Positions 13,701 through 26,200 of a DNA stretch of 64,000 nucleotides are shown here, piece by piece (position 1 is the first letter of the stretch; every line of letters begins with the position of its first letter). The notes under the pieces are model-generated. The model had not been told where the DNA came from, made no database searches, and saw only the letters and a program-made list of their open reading frames with translations. A program made the translations under genes and the position numbers. The stretch comes from Asterias rubens (Eukaryota): contig NC_047081.1 of the NCBI RefSeq assembly GCF_902459465.1, positions 4,278,001 through 4,342,000 on the forward strand, given 5' to 3'.

Positions 13701-16700
13701 AGGCCTAAAAGTAGATGTCTTTTTCTTATGTGCATTCAATAGATATTTGTACTAAAAAGGGCCAACTAGTCAAATTAAAAAACACAAGACCATCGAACTT
13801 GTACGGTCGTAAGTTTACTGGCCCAACGCTAAGATCACTGGCCTCGAGCCTGCAGTTCAGTGTTTATTTCGAGCATTGAGTATGGGATAAAACTGATGAA
13901 GATGAACAAAATAAAAATTTAAGTTCAGTATTTTGTATTCATGTTTCAGGACTCGAGTATTTCAGAACCATTTCCACATGGGAGCAGTAGGATACAAAAT
14001 CTCAGGATTGAGAATCCAAAACATTAATCAAAGCAGAATAAGCCTTTATAAACAGACTCTGTTTTGGTCTTAAAACTTGTGGACGATAACTTGTTTTGGC
14101 GTTTACATTAAACATATCAATTTGGTTAAAGCCAATTACCCTTCTTTCATGGTCTAATCCAAGTACACATATAGGCCTAAATAAAAACTGCTCTTAAACC
14201 AGCCACCAAAAAAAGTAACTACTGAAAGTACATGTATATCTGTTTTCTATAACACCACCCTTTTCAGATTTGTTTTTCTACTGCAGACTTAAAAAACAAT
14301 CACATTGATCTATTTCTCATCATATTTCTCAAGCAGGTAGAACACACTCAGGCCTGATACATGGAGACAACGAAGGCTATTTCCTCCATGACCCCCTGGT
14401 CACTGCCTTGTGCCCTTTCTACAGTAGAAACTCACAATTTCCATATAGGGTGCCCTTTACCTACAAGGAGAAAATGCCTTGGTGCCCTTGCCCTTTCAAA
14501 ATGAAGCATATATGTATATAGGCAGCACACTGTTTAAACCCCCAAATAAATTCAATACCCTGTTTTTTTTACTAGAAAACTACATAACATCTCATTTAAT
14601 ATGGTTAACCTTGTCAATATTCCCTGAAAGCTGAACTCAATTTGCTTTTGTTTTCGTACCTCAAAGACTCTGATAACGGTGTTAGAGTGCCATCTCCCCG
14701 GTCTACGACTCTGAAGAAGTTTAGCTGGTCTCCCTCTCTAAACACTAATAATGTCACCTGCCGGTTACCGGGGAGTTTCTCCCAAATTTCATCTCGGTTT
14801 GCCTCCATGTATTCGGCCATCTCACGTATGGCTGGGTCCTCCATAGGAACTTTAAAGAGAAAACATGTTAGAAAATTTTAAAGATTTATTCAATAATTTC
14901 AATAAATCTACAATATAACTTGCATTGACATTAATTTAAAGCCATTAAACACTTTCGGCACAGAAAAAGAAAAAAAAAAAAAAGTTCACAGATTTACAAA
15001 TAACTTACAGGGTTTACAGAAGGTAATGGTGAAAGATCTCTCTTGAAATATTATTCCATGAAATGCTTTACTTTTCGAAAAAACATTAAAACAATTATCA
15101 ATTCTTGTTGTCGAGAATTACGGATTTATTTTAAACACATGTCATGACAAGACGAAACGTACGGAAACAAGGGTGGGATTTCCCCGCTATTTTCTCCCGA
15201 TTGAGCCTAAATTTTCACAGGTTTGTTATTTGATATATCAGTTGTAATACACAAAGTGTGGGCCTTTGGACAATACTGTTGACCGAAAGTGTCCAATGGC
15301 TTTAACATTAGTATGAAAATCAATCAATACTAAAAACTTATATCTGGAAAGCAAGTTTTTTTTAAATGTCTTTCTAAATTGAAATATTTTGGTACAGTCT
15401 CCACTTAACAAACAAATGTGCAGCATATTATTTGCTGATGTAAAACCAGTCAGTCATAAGCAAATTGTGCAATCCCACACTTGAAATTTAATCCTACTTG
15501 GTAAGAATAAATTCAGGAGAGTAGAAGTAAAAACCGTTTGACTGAATTTCCCAAGGGAGGACCAACTGCTTTTACACACTAGTTGTCTCCTAAAGCACTT
15601 TGGGAAGATTTTCAGATAGAACTAAATAAAGATTAACAAGAGAGAACAAGCTGTAAGAAGTCTACACCCTGGCCAAAATGGTTTCCAGATTTTAATGGTT
15701 TCCCCACAGATTCTTAAGTTTCACTCCCTCAGGCAGCCAAAATTCACCCAAAGGATCATTTAGGGAGTTGGACCAGTAAGCCAAGCCAGCTCAACAGATA
15801 CAACTCTAGAGGATAATCCTTAAGTATAAACGACAGGGCAACAGAAGAACTGTCACACTTAAAAGGAGAGTAACTTAAGTCTCACATTCAACAAGAAGTT
15901 AACCACACACAATGACACAAAAGCATTCACCACAGTTAGACACAGATTTGTCTGCAGGAATTATCATGGAGAAGACAAAAAAAGTTTCAGAGGACATTCC
16001 TAATCTCTAGGTAGTTTCAGTGAAAGTTTGCTGTAGGGTGTTTCTTAGAATGTACAGTTCCTTGGCATGAAGGACTAGATTGTCTCTAAGTCGGAGAATA
16101 GTTTGGCCTACAGTCTAATGAATACATGAATTTGAATTGTATCTTCGTTTTGGAGGGAGAGGGGTGCTGCTACAGGTGTTTGTAATCCCTTACTGAGTCA
16201 CTTCAGGTACCATATATGGTAAATTTAGCTCGGTCACAATTATTATCCATGTACACGAAATAAGGTACAATAAATCAAATTATTAATTCAATGGATGACT
16301 TACTCCTTCTAGTGTTGATAGGCCCACCCCTCATGGCAAGTACCAATTTGAGAGAACTGCTCGGCGGAATTCTAACAAAAAAAGTGAAGAGAAAGAAACA
16401 AATGGTAGTTAAATTTAAACATAGGCACACATTTTGATGAGATGTTTAACTCAGAATAGCTAACTAAAAGCAAGCATGACAAACAAAAGTATGGGCTGGT
16501 ACAGGTAATAAAGAACTTCTTATTACATAGGAAATAATCCATCACTATAAAAACACACATGGCACTGATAGAGTGTACGTGTAAGATGTTCCACAAAACT
16601 ATTTTGGTTTTTTGATTAACTCAAACCATGACAGCTTTTAAAAAAATTGGTCAGATTTTGCACTAAGTGACTTTTTCAAACCAACAATGCCAAATATGAG

Positions 16701-19700
16701 CATCTGATCCATCATAATCATGTGTATTAAGTTTGGTGTGTAGAAACCCATCTTCTTCTACAATGTTTTTCCATGGTTTTTCCAAGTTTGAAGAGACAAT
16801 CAGAGAGACAATTTTTGAGAGACAATCAGACAAGGTGCCAAATCATTACTTAAATCGCTAAAGACTCACTGAGCAAAACCTTGATTTGTTTCAGCTTAAA
16901 TGACTTATTTTGTGAATGAGAAGAGTTCAACTTTAGGGTTGCTACAACAGTGAGTCATGTGGTAGGTAAGCTTGGGCGATATCACGATATTATCGAATAT
17001 CGCAATATTAATTTGGAAACGATTTCGATATCGCATGGATTTGGTTTTAATCGAAATATCGATATATCGCAATATATCGCGATATCGATTAAATATCGCG
17101 ATGTATTTGCTAGCTGAGACATCTTGCACCCCATAGGTTTGGAGTAAAACCAGAAGAATAGGTCATTAGAACACCTCTCTTATGCTATGACTGTCTCTTC
17201 TACATCTCACTTGGAGTTTGTCAAATTTAATTAATCGCGATTATATCGAATATCGCGATATATTGTCGGCGATATATCGTGAATAAAATAAATCGATATC
17301 GCCCAAGCTTAGTGGTAGAAGAGCAAGAAGATGCAACAAAGGAAAGGTGAAGGTACCATTCAAGGTAAAATGTATAAAAACATGCAGTTAAAACTCTAAA
17401 ATGTTAACATGTTTTCGCCATCAAAATGGACCACCCACAGAACCGCAAGGGCAAGTATGAAAGGTAATGGTCAGATCCTAATTGTATACAAGTAATGCAG
17501 AGTGCTGTATATTTTAGTTTAAGCTATGTATACACACACACTTGTAGTTTAGTATACACAGTGTACTAATGGAGCTCAACAAAATCTTTGAACAATCTCT
17601 GTTGTGTATTGGCAAATAATAATAAACACACGCACAAATGTACAATATTGACAAATAGTAAATGATCAACTGAACAATACTAGTGGAGCAAGGCTCAAGT
17701 ACTTTTGATACAAAGATAACACCCCATAAGGTACCATAGTGCTGATTTAGGAAAGCATATTGTACGAATGGTATTGCAAATATCACAGAGTTGATTTACA
17801 AGGAAAATTGACCTTTCTCTTCTCTAAGGCTAAAGTGACTTGATCTCTGGGCCATAGAGTTGCTCTTATTTGAGTTACGTGTAGTTGCGTCAAAGTGCCA
17901 AAACTCACAGAAAAGGGTGCCTGCCATGGACCAATTATCACGGTATGCACCTACTTTAACAAGCTATTTTGGCTATAAAACCTCTCAAAGTAAATTATTT
18001 TTTTCACTCATAAGTTTCAACTTGTAAATAGATTCTACGTGTAGGTTTTGGCCAGGCAATGCCTTAACTTAACATTGCGTGAAAAATGACAGCTAATTCA
18101 TTGAATTTAACAAGGGAGGCAATCACAGCCCTTGAATTTCATTCATTTTGTAAAGGACAGTTCAATTGAAAAATCTGAAGGTCTTTAGGAAATAGGTCAA
18201 AAAAACAAACAACAAAACCTCATCCTCTTCTTTTTGAAAAAAAACATGGACGATCAACTGGTACATTTTTGTTCCTGGCCTAACTAAGCAACAAACAACA
18301 ATAGAACCATACCCATAGTCATGTAAGCAATAGTCATCCTCCAGCTCCACAGATCGCCATATAAGATGCTGCTGACTTATGGGAATTCCTGCATGAGTGA
18401 AAACAGGATAACAAACAATTTACAAAATGAACACATTTCAATTCACAGAAACATTTCTCGCTGGATGCAGTTCATGACATTTGTTGAATGCAAGAAAATT
18501 GGAATGCTGATTGGTGTGTTCCTTTAACGCGAGTTCAATTCAATTCAATTCAATATTATATTTAACTACATAGCCATGATATTTAGCCTTTGAAAACGTT
18601 TATAGACTTTGCATGTTATAAAAACAGTTTAACTGATTTGCAAGGGGCCAAAATCTCAAAAACAGAAAAAATACAAACATGGCTGTTATAATATTTCTAA
18701 TAAACTAAAATTTTTATCGGGTTAGCACTGTTAGGTGAAGTGTTGCAACCAGTTCTTAACTCTTTCAAAAAACTGTTATGGTGAATTAATTAATCTATAG
18801 ACCACTTATTTGTCCGTAACTCTACCCACTCTTGCAGTGCCTACCTCTTTAATTAAGAAACATTTAGTCATATGTAACTTGTTTCAACGTTATGTTGCAG
18901 CTCAGCAATGTTTCTTCAACATAATTAAACACAGTGGACACTGTTGGTAATTCTCAAAGACCAGTCTTCTCAATTGCTGTATCTCAACATATGCATAAAA
19001 TAATAAATCTGTGAAAATTTGCGCTCAATCGGTAATTGAAGTTGCGAGATAATAATGAAAGAAAAAACACCCTAAAACAGGTAGTTGTGTGCATTTAGAT
19101 GCTCGATTTCGAGACCTCAAATTCTAAATCTGAGGTCTCGAAATCAGATACGTGGAAAATAACTTCTTTCTTGAAAACTACGTCACTTAAGAGCAGAGGG
19201 AACCGTTTCTCACAATGTTTTATACTATCAACCTCTCACCCTTATATGTTACCAAGTAAGTTTTTATGCTAATAATTATTTTGAGTATTTACCAATAGTG
19301 TCCATTAAAATTACCATTAAAACGATAATCAAAATGTCACATAACATTAGTTCATCATTGCAAATGCAATACCTATCTGGTGAGATAAATACCGTGGCCT
19401 CCGCAAACGACCACAAAGTTACAACTAACTACCACCTTAATGGTACGTACAATTCAAAGAAATCGTTCAATAATGAATTTGTCATTATCAGTCGTACAAG
19501 ATCTCAGTGGGACTCTAGTCAACCAACAATGATAAATTTTGAAAAGCACCCACCCAGTAACTGGGTCTACAGATGAACATGTTCTGGTCTTATGCTAACA
19601 CTAGCTTCAATGTCCCTTGTACTACGGTACACACCTAAAAATCTCCCAACATAACCGTGCAATCCGAGGCCTTTTTGCCGAGTTACATGCAATTGCAAAA

Positions 19701-20516
19701 ACATCCTCAACGTTTGTTTTGTCAAAACATACTCAACGAATCACAAACCCAAGCCTACTTTAGAACTAGGTCCACTATAAACCAGGAAGGCTTCTGGCGC
19801 ACACTGTGTTGTCTTTTTAGTGCACCATGCAATGCACGAACAATGCCTGTGCGCCAGTTGGAAAAGTGGCAAGGTATTTTACAACACCCCTTTCACAGAA
19901 TGGTTGGTTCATTTTTTCAAAGTTTTTTTTGCATGCGACTCGGCAGAGCCTCCCAACTGGCTGCCCAAGAGGGCCTCACAAAAAAGCGTTGTGAATGTAA
20001 AATGTCAATCAATGTGTTTGGAAAGTTCTAGGTTTCATACAATGGAAACAATGTTCATCAATCAATGGCCATTTTGAAAATGACAAAATAGCATTTTTAG
20101 CATGTTTAGTTAAACGCACAGCTACGTAGTCGTAGGTCCAACATGTGGGATGTGTGACATCTCCGTCTGATCATAGAGTAAGGACAGACTTGGTCTGATT
20201 AAGCATGTTAAGGCTCACACTCAACAAAACGGGGAGTCTTTAATTAACTTAATTAAGTTTCTATCTTGAAAGAAGCAAGGAAGTTGTGACACTGACAGTG
20301 TGTGTTCTCAGATCGACTCCACTCGTTCATCATAAACCGTCATATCTGATATCATAATATGACATGTATGACCGTACCTTCCAATCTTTGAATCTTCGCT
20401 TTCACCGAGATGACGGTTTCGAACGGAGACACTCGAAGCTCGAAAACAGTACCCGTCAGAGTCTCAATAAAGAGTTCCATGATGTCAGCGTATTCGGGGT
20501 ACTCAAAATACTCCAT
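7723..20516 (-). CDS. ZFAND4: AN1-type zinc finger protein 4 (ubiquitin-like domain + AN1 zinc finger), 9 coding exons, 547 aa
   Basis: Exons in transcript order: 20516-20378, 18388-18313, 16371-16304, 14849-14660, 11328-11181, 10480-9779, 9347-9296, 8616-8484, 7858-7723. All junctions are GT-AG with matching phases; total 1644 nt. Translation gives MELFIETLTGTVFELRVSPFETVISVKAKIQRLEGIPISQQHLIW...LKLVLAMRGGPINTRR, then QVTLLVFREGDQLNFFRVVDRGDGTLTPLS, and a C-terminal AN1 finger CSLCNKKTGLATSYQCRCGHNFCATHRYAEAHHC...PKLPKI*. These match vertebrate ZFAND4 as I recall it. An additional small exon cannot be excluded. Confidence 0.95.
11582..11722. mobile_element. PIF/Harbinger-like MITE, TSD CAG
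   Basis: TIRs GGGCCGATTTCACAAAG / CTTTGTGAAATCGGCCC with CAG on both flanks. Related ends occur at 40588-40747, about 44243-44403 and 33181-33419. Confidence 0.8.
14940..15301. mobile_element. Kolobok-like MITE family B, full copy (ZFAND4 intron)
   Basis: TTAA|AGCCATTAAACACTTTCGG ... CCGAAAGTGTCCAATGGCT|TTAA. TTAA flanks with RR..YY termini fit Kolobok rather than piggyBac, whose termini are CCY. Confidence 0.85.
16967..17311. mobile_element. hAT-like MITE with 8-bp TSD
   Basis: TIRs TAAGCTTGGGCGATATC / GATATCGCCCAAGCTTA, flanks GTGGTAGG / GTGGTAGA, and many internal ATATCG/CGATAT subterminal repeats. Confidence 0.85.
18929..19304. mobile_element. Kolobok-like MITE family A copy
   Basis: TTAA|ACACAGTGGACACTGTTGG ... 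CCAATAGTGTCCA|TTAA, with internal hairpin TTTCGAGACCTCA-N-TGAGGTCTCGAAA. Seven related copies occur in the window. Confidence 0.85.
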
Positions 20517-21092
20517 CCCGGTAGATGCCGTTAACTGTCACTGAACATGCGACTAACTGTTGATGGCGACACACCAAACGTCGACATTTTCAATCTGATT
20601 TTGTTTCTGCCGCAGTAACCAGTGCCCGTGGGTGTACTGTCTACATTGAAGAAATTTCCAATGAGTGCCAACTGACTTTGCATGCACTGAACTGATGTCG
20701 TCAAAATTCCCAGTCGATTTAGTACGAGCAAATGTATTTTTCCACGCCTCTTCCACGTCTTCGTTCTGCTCCCATAATTGTTACATCAACTCTGCCGTAT
20801 TTTGTTAAGAAGTAAGGGGCAGCCCATCGTTTTCAACCGCCTTTAAGTCGCCCCATTTTCCACAAATTATCCTTACAGAATCAGGGATCAACCACACGAC
20901 ACCCATAAACTGCAGGGCCACCATTAAAATCCTTTGCATGCATTAAAAATAGCTGCGGAATGTTTTCCTCATAATATATCGCTGGTTCCGTTTCAACTTT
21001 CCTTTGGTAGTGCGCTGGTTGGGCGTTTTGCATGCGATGAAGCACTACCAGCTAAACAATATGAGACGAATGTCAAAGGTACCCGGATGAAC

Positions 21093-21124
21093 ATCTCCAT
21101 TAGCAACCAAGTCACGTGACGTAG
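21093..21124. promoter_or_regulatory. Candidate ZFAND4 proximal promoter: X-box-like (RFX) site next to a perfect GTCACGTGAC E-box
   Basis: ATCTCCATTAGCAAC at 21093-21107 and GTCACGTGAC at 21111-21120, about 580 nt upstream of the ZFAND4 ATG in a CpG-richer segment. Motif match only. Confidence 0.4.
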
Positions 21125-21135
21125 TTAAAGTAGCG

Positions 21136-21291
21136 CATAGACCTTATCGCAAATACCAATGCGCAAGCGCAGACTGTTGAATGAGGTGCATTGTGGGATA
21201 GATATAGATCAAATTTTGATACCAGCAAGACCACAATGCACCTAATTCCAAGCTTTACGCGCGCGCCCCGGTATTTGCGATAAGGTCTATG
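21136..21291. mobile_element. 156-bp MITE in the ZFAND4/NHA-A divergent promoter region
   Basis: Perfect 22-bp TIRs CATAGACCTTATCGCAAATACC / GGTATTTGCGATAAGGTCTATG, plus an inner 13-bp inverted pair at 21184-21196 and 21231-21243. Confidence 0.85.
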
Positions 21292-22491
21292 TGGGATGGG
21301 GCGCGCGCGCGTTATTTTTATACGCAGAGAGGGAGGCTAGGCTTCATTTCACAAGGTCAACAAACTTCTCAATGCGGCTAGGCTGTAGGCTTTAAGGCGA
21401 TGTAAAAAAAAAAACTAAGTGACCATAATATTAGCTTTTGAAATGTTTAGTTTCATTATGGAGACTAATTCCATGGTTTCATCTAAAAACAAATGCGAAA
21501 TGTGCAGACCATTTTAACTTTGTTTACAATAAGTGTTCTGGCAGGCAGTTTACTGCACTACATGGGACGCCATCATGGAGGAAGTTATGAAGTATGTCCT
21601 ATAATTTTATAGAGGAAAGTTGACATTTTGTGTCTTAATTCTTATTCTTATTCTTATTCTTTATTCGAATACAAGCAGACAGTATGTCAAATAGATAATA
21701 TAAGTACATGTACAAAAGTAAATACAAAGCAAGAAAAACAGTAGGGCACCGGAAATTATAAAACAACCCTAATGTGATGGCCAGGATCAACAAAAGTATA
21801 ATTAAACACTGTAGCTCGAAATAAATCCAAGAGTTATAGTAAAAGCTTTCGTCATATCAAAACTTGATAGGAATTACAATGGAACTAGACAGTACATCTC
21901 CGCAACCATGGGGAGGTAAAGTCTACCTCCATGCTATGCGCATGCTCCATGATGAGATGGCGCTAGCTCCAACAAACTACCTAGGAGTTATAGCGCCCTC
22001 TTTTTAAAGGTGAGACGGCTCGAAATAAGACTATCCAAACATATAGTATGGTATCCTGTATCCTGTACATGTTATAGTAACTGTGTAATTAATAGCACAA
22101 GTTGGCTCCACGCGCGCTTAGGCAATGTTATGATTGAACTCGTATCGTACGATCCGACAGTATTTTCGTCCATGGTTTCCCGCAATTTATTGGCGTATGC
22201 ATGAGATAAAGAGCCTGAGGTAAATTACGATGTGGTTGTTATTGAGGAGGAATTGTGCACATTTAAATTGTATGTGTTGACATTTGTTTGGTGAATTTAA
22301 ACGTTTATAAAAATAAAGTCAATCAACAAAGATCATTAATTTCAATTAATCAACAGAAACATTCGCACTTCTCATGACAGAACAGAAGCCAGTGCAGTGG
22401 GCATTGTGTGTCACTGTGTGTTTCTTGTTGGGGGGGGGGGGGGTCAGTAAAGACTCAGACTAATTTAATTTTATGTGATGATTGATACATA

Positions 22492-22699
22492 GGCCCTTTT
22501 CAAAACCACGGCTTCGGCTCCAGATTCCGCTCAGCCTAGCTTGGCCTCGCGTTTGTTTTGCTTTGCGTACGTGCACACACACACACAGCCTCACATTTGA
22601 ACTCACACAACACACAGCCTCACATTTGAACTCACACAACACACAGGGCTCGAGAGGAGAGAACGGAGTCTGAAGACAAATCCGATTCAAAAAAAGGCC
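22492..22699. mobile_element. Tourist/Harbinger-like MITE, TSD ATA, with an internal 29-bp tandem duplication
   Basis: ATA|GGCCCTTTTCAAAACC ... AAAAAGGCC|ATA. Same family at 29723-29843 (TSD TAT) and 42984-43096 (TSD ATA). The unit CACACAGCCTCACATTTGAACTCACACAA occurs twice. Confidence 0.75.
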
Positions 22700-23244
22700 A
22701 TAGTGAGTATCTCATCTGGTTGGAAAATATCCGTCTGTATTTGCCCCTTTTTCACCACTGGCACTACTAATTTGAAATTTACTCTGCAAATAGATATATT
22801 CCACTTTTGTTGATGGGTAAAAATCGGTGAAAAAGAACCATGCAGGATTGCATTTATAGATAGAGCACTAGAGGATATGAAAATATTCCCTATTATTCTT
22901 ATGGTTATGTCAAGGTCAAGAAAAACTTTAAAAGAACTTCTAATTCTATTGTAATATCGCTACCGTGATCAGCGCGCCGTCCCTCGTTAACGACCCCTGG
23001 CCCTGGGGAGTTGAGGGTGGGAAACACTAAAAAATCAATGCTGAATAAGCTTGGAACAAGGTTGTATCTAATGCTTTTGGTTACCCTTCAAATGATTCAT
23101 TGTAGTTCCGGCAAGGTAACTTTGTTATGTATTTTATTTAAAAGAGTTGTTTTAAAAGTCTTATAAATCATTTTATCTGGAAACATACGAACATAAATGA
23201 AGAATATAAAAGATGAAATAATTGTATCAACAGCTATTATCAAG

Positions 23245-26200
23245 ATGTCATCACCGGTTAAGAGGAATCTCGGACACAAGGGGAATGTCTCTCCAGACCG
23301 AGGGATTCCCGACCAAGGGACTGAGTATGCGGATCCTCACCAAGAGGTCATATATGCCACACCGGGTCTACCTAATGTCTACGATTCCCCTGAAAAAGGC
23401 AATGTTTATGCCACTCCAAGCCAGAGCCCCGTCCACAGTAGCAAGCCAGGCTCCCCTGCCATGGAGTGGGATGGTTACCAGACGCAGGTTTCTCGGGGGA
23501 CCGAGGGAAGTGATCGGTGGGACCGCACCCCACCTGAGATCCCGCAGTTTGATCTGGACTCTGAAGATCGGGATCCCGACTCAGATGATGATGGTAGAGA
23601 TGAGGCGATTAGTGGAAGTCACTGTTCCGCCTCGTGCCTGGTGTTCTGTCGGCCGTGCATGACTGAGCATAACCCTTTACCCAATAACCCATCGGTGTGC
23701 ACCCGGTTGAAACATTCACTGATGTGCCCACCCCATGGGAGAGTATCACGGGATGTGACGTTGGTTCTGTTTGTGTTGATGTCATGGGGTGTGGTGTGGG
23801 GTATGACAGGGGATGCGGCTCTGCCAGGGGGGAACTTCTTTGCATTGTATGTGTTGGTGATATGCTGCATGGTTGGAGGCATTTTGATCAAGCTTGTTCG
23901 ATTGCCAGCTCTATTAGGTATGTGTGAATGGTAGTAAGTATGTACTGAACCCTCGACTTTATAACACTTAATTGAGAGAACAAAACAAAATTGATTAAAA
24001 AGAAAAGAAACTTCAAATGGTAGTTACACTTGAATGGCTTCTGATTGGCATTCAAACAAAGAGATTTACTCTAACATTACGGCTGCATAGCTCAGTTGTT
24101 AGAGTGCTGGCACATTTAATCAGAAGTCGCAGGTTAAAAATCTGGGTGTAATGTCCGTGAATGGGTGAATCTTGGAACACTAGGTGGCAGCAGACTTACC
24201 AGACAAGATTCCATTGTTCTTTAGTTCTGATAATGTGCACATTAATAATGAATACTCTTGCTACCACCCTGTTCTTATAACTCCCCAATTGCAAATCATC
24301 AACAATAACATCCGTTGCCAAGTCAAAAGCATTTAAGATGTTAAATTTGCATTCAAGGATAAGGAATGTTAATTTTGGTTTTTACCCATACACCGATTTG
24401 TGTTAGCACTGTATACTCGATACTTTCCCAAGTCCTGTGAAAAAATATCACAGGCATATTACTCTTGAATTGCAAGGGTTTTGGGTTCGAATCCCATTCG
24501 AATAATATATAGTCAATAGCAGTTTATTTCCTTCCACTCAGGTATGCTCATTGTTGGCTTCATGCTCCGAAACATCCCCTACATCAATGTTGCAACACAC
24601 ATCGATAAGAACTGGTCTTCAGCTCTCCGCAGTGTCGCCCTGGTAGTGATCCTCCTAAGGGCGGGGCTTGGGCTAGACGCCAAAGCCTTGAAGAGTCTCA
24701 GCATGGTGTGCTTGAGGCTGTGCTGCACACCATGTTTAGTTGAGGCTTGTACTGTGGGCGTTGTGTCTCATTTTCTACTGGGCTTCCCATGGGCCTGGGG
24801 ATTTATGTTGGGGTGAGATTTAAGCCCGGTTCATACTTCCTGCGAATGCGAATGCGATACGAATGTTGACGTCACAAACTCACAACGAATTATTCGCAGC
24901 CGTTCAACTTTGTTCAACTCACTTGCGAATATCGCTGCAAAAGGAGGGTTGTGACGTCAAATTCACGTCAAATTCGCTTCGCATTCGCATTCGCAGGAAG
25001 TATGAACCGGGCTTTACTTTGTTGGCATATCACTACGAATTTAATGTAGAATTGTCCGTAACAGTACTTTTTATTGGACACTAATCCTTCAATTACATTA
25101 ATGGTCTCTTCGTAACAGTTTGAATCGCCCACTCTACTCAGAAAGACTTGCTCTCGTCTTCGTCGGTCTCTTGGTAAAACCAAGATGTGTCAGGTGTCAA
25201 TGGGCAAAACTGCGTCTGTTAGTCTCATGTGTTGATGATTTGGTGACATCCCAAACTTATCCAGCGGACCATTAAGGCAGTTTTAACTTAATAGTTCTTA
25301 TAAAATAGTGCTTTTTACACACACAAAAAAGGCATCATGTTATTTTTATGACTGGTATGCAGAGCTGTGTTTGAAATCTGAGACCCGTTGTATAGCACAT
25401 TGTAAGGGTTTACAATGTGGTGCAATATATAGTCAACCATACTGGAAACACAGTGGCAAACCCCTTTTATTTATTAGCTGACAGGGTTGGACTTTTAAGA
25501 GCATTACACATTCCGAAGGACAATGTGTCTTGCTCATGGATTCAAGTGCCTTGAATTGGAACCATACACATTTGGAAAACACCAGAACTTGATTCCAATG
25601 CCCTAGTAGACCGCCCAACCACGACACATTACAAAAAGTCACCTTTGCATTTTCCTGTATTTCAGTTTTGTTCTTGGAGCAGTCACTCCAGCTGTGATCG
25701 TCCCGTCCTTGCTGTCACTTCAGAACAGAGGGTATGGTGTCACAAAGGGTATCCCCACCCTGGTGATCGCTGCAGCTTCCTGTGATGATGTACTGGCCAT
25801 CAGTGCCTTCGGGGTTATCCTTGGTGCAGCTTTTGCAACAGGTAACAAATGACAATAATATTGCGTTCCCCATAGACACCAAGAGAGAAGAAATTATTAT
25901 ATATTTGCAGCTGCAGATATCTGCCATTGCCACGTCAAATTTGCTGTTCTTAATAGATCCAGGCCTAGGGTCTGTCAATTTGAGTGTCAAGTTGCATACA
26001 CCATGTATGCAAGTGTTATTTAATGGTTTGTGTCCAACCTGAAATGTGTATTGCACAGTAACACATTGTGGATCTGATTACCTGAATGGCGAACCAAGAT
26101 TGATCTTGGTTGATGACATCGGGTGAGTTAGGGTCAATGTGCCAAGTGTCTCTCCAACGAAGAAACGTCGGTTTGAGAGCGCATGTACAAGCACTGTTTC

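Noticed and set aside
24080-24145. tRNA-like segments here, at about 41797-41880 and at about 8070-8160
   Set aside because: They have A/B-box remnants only, and the cloverleaf stems do not close. They are SINE heads, not tRNA genes.
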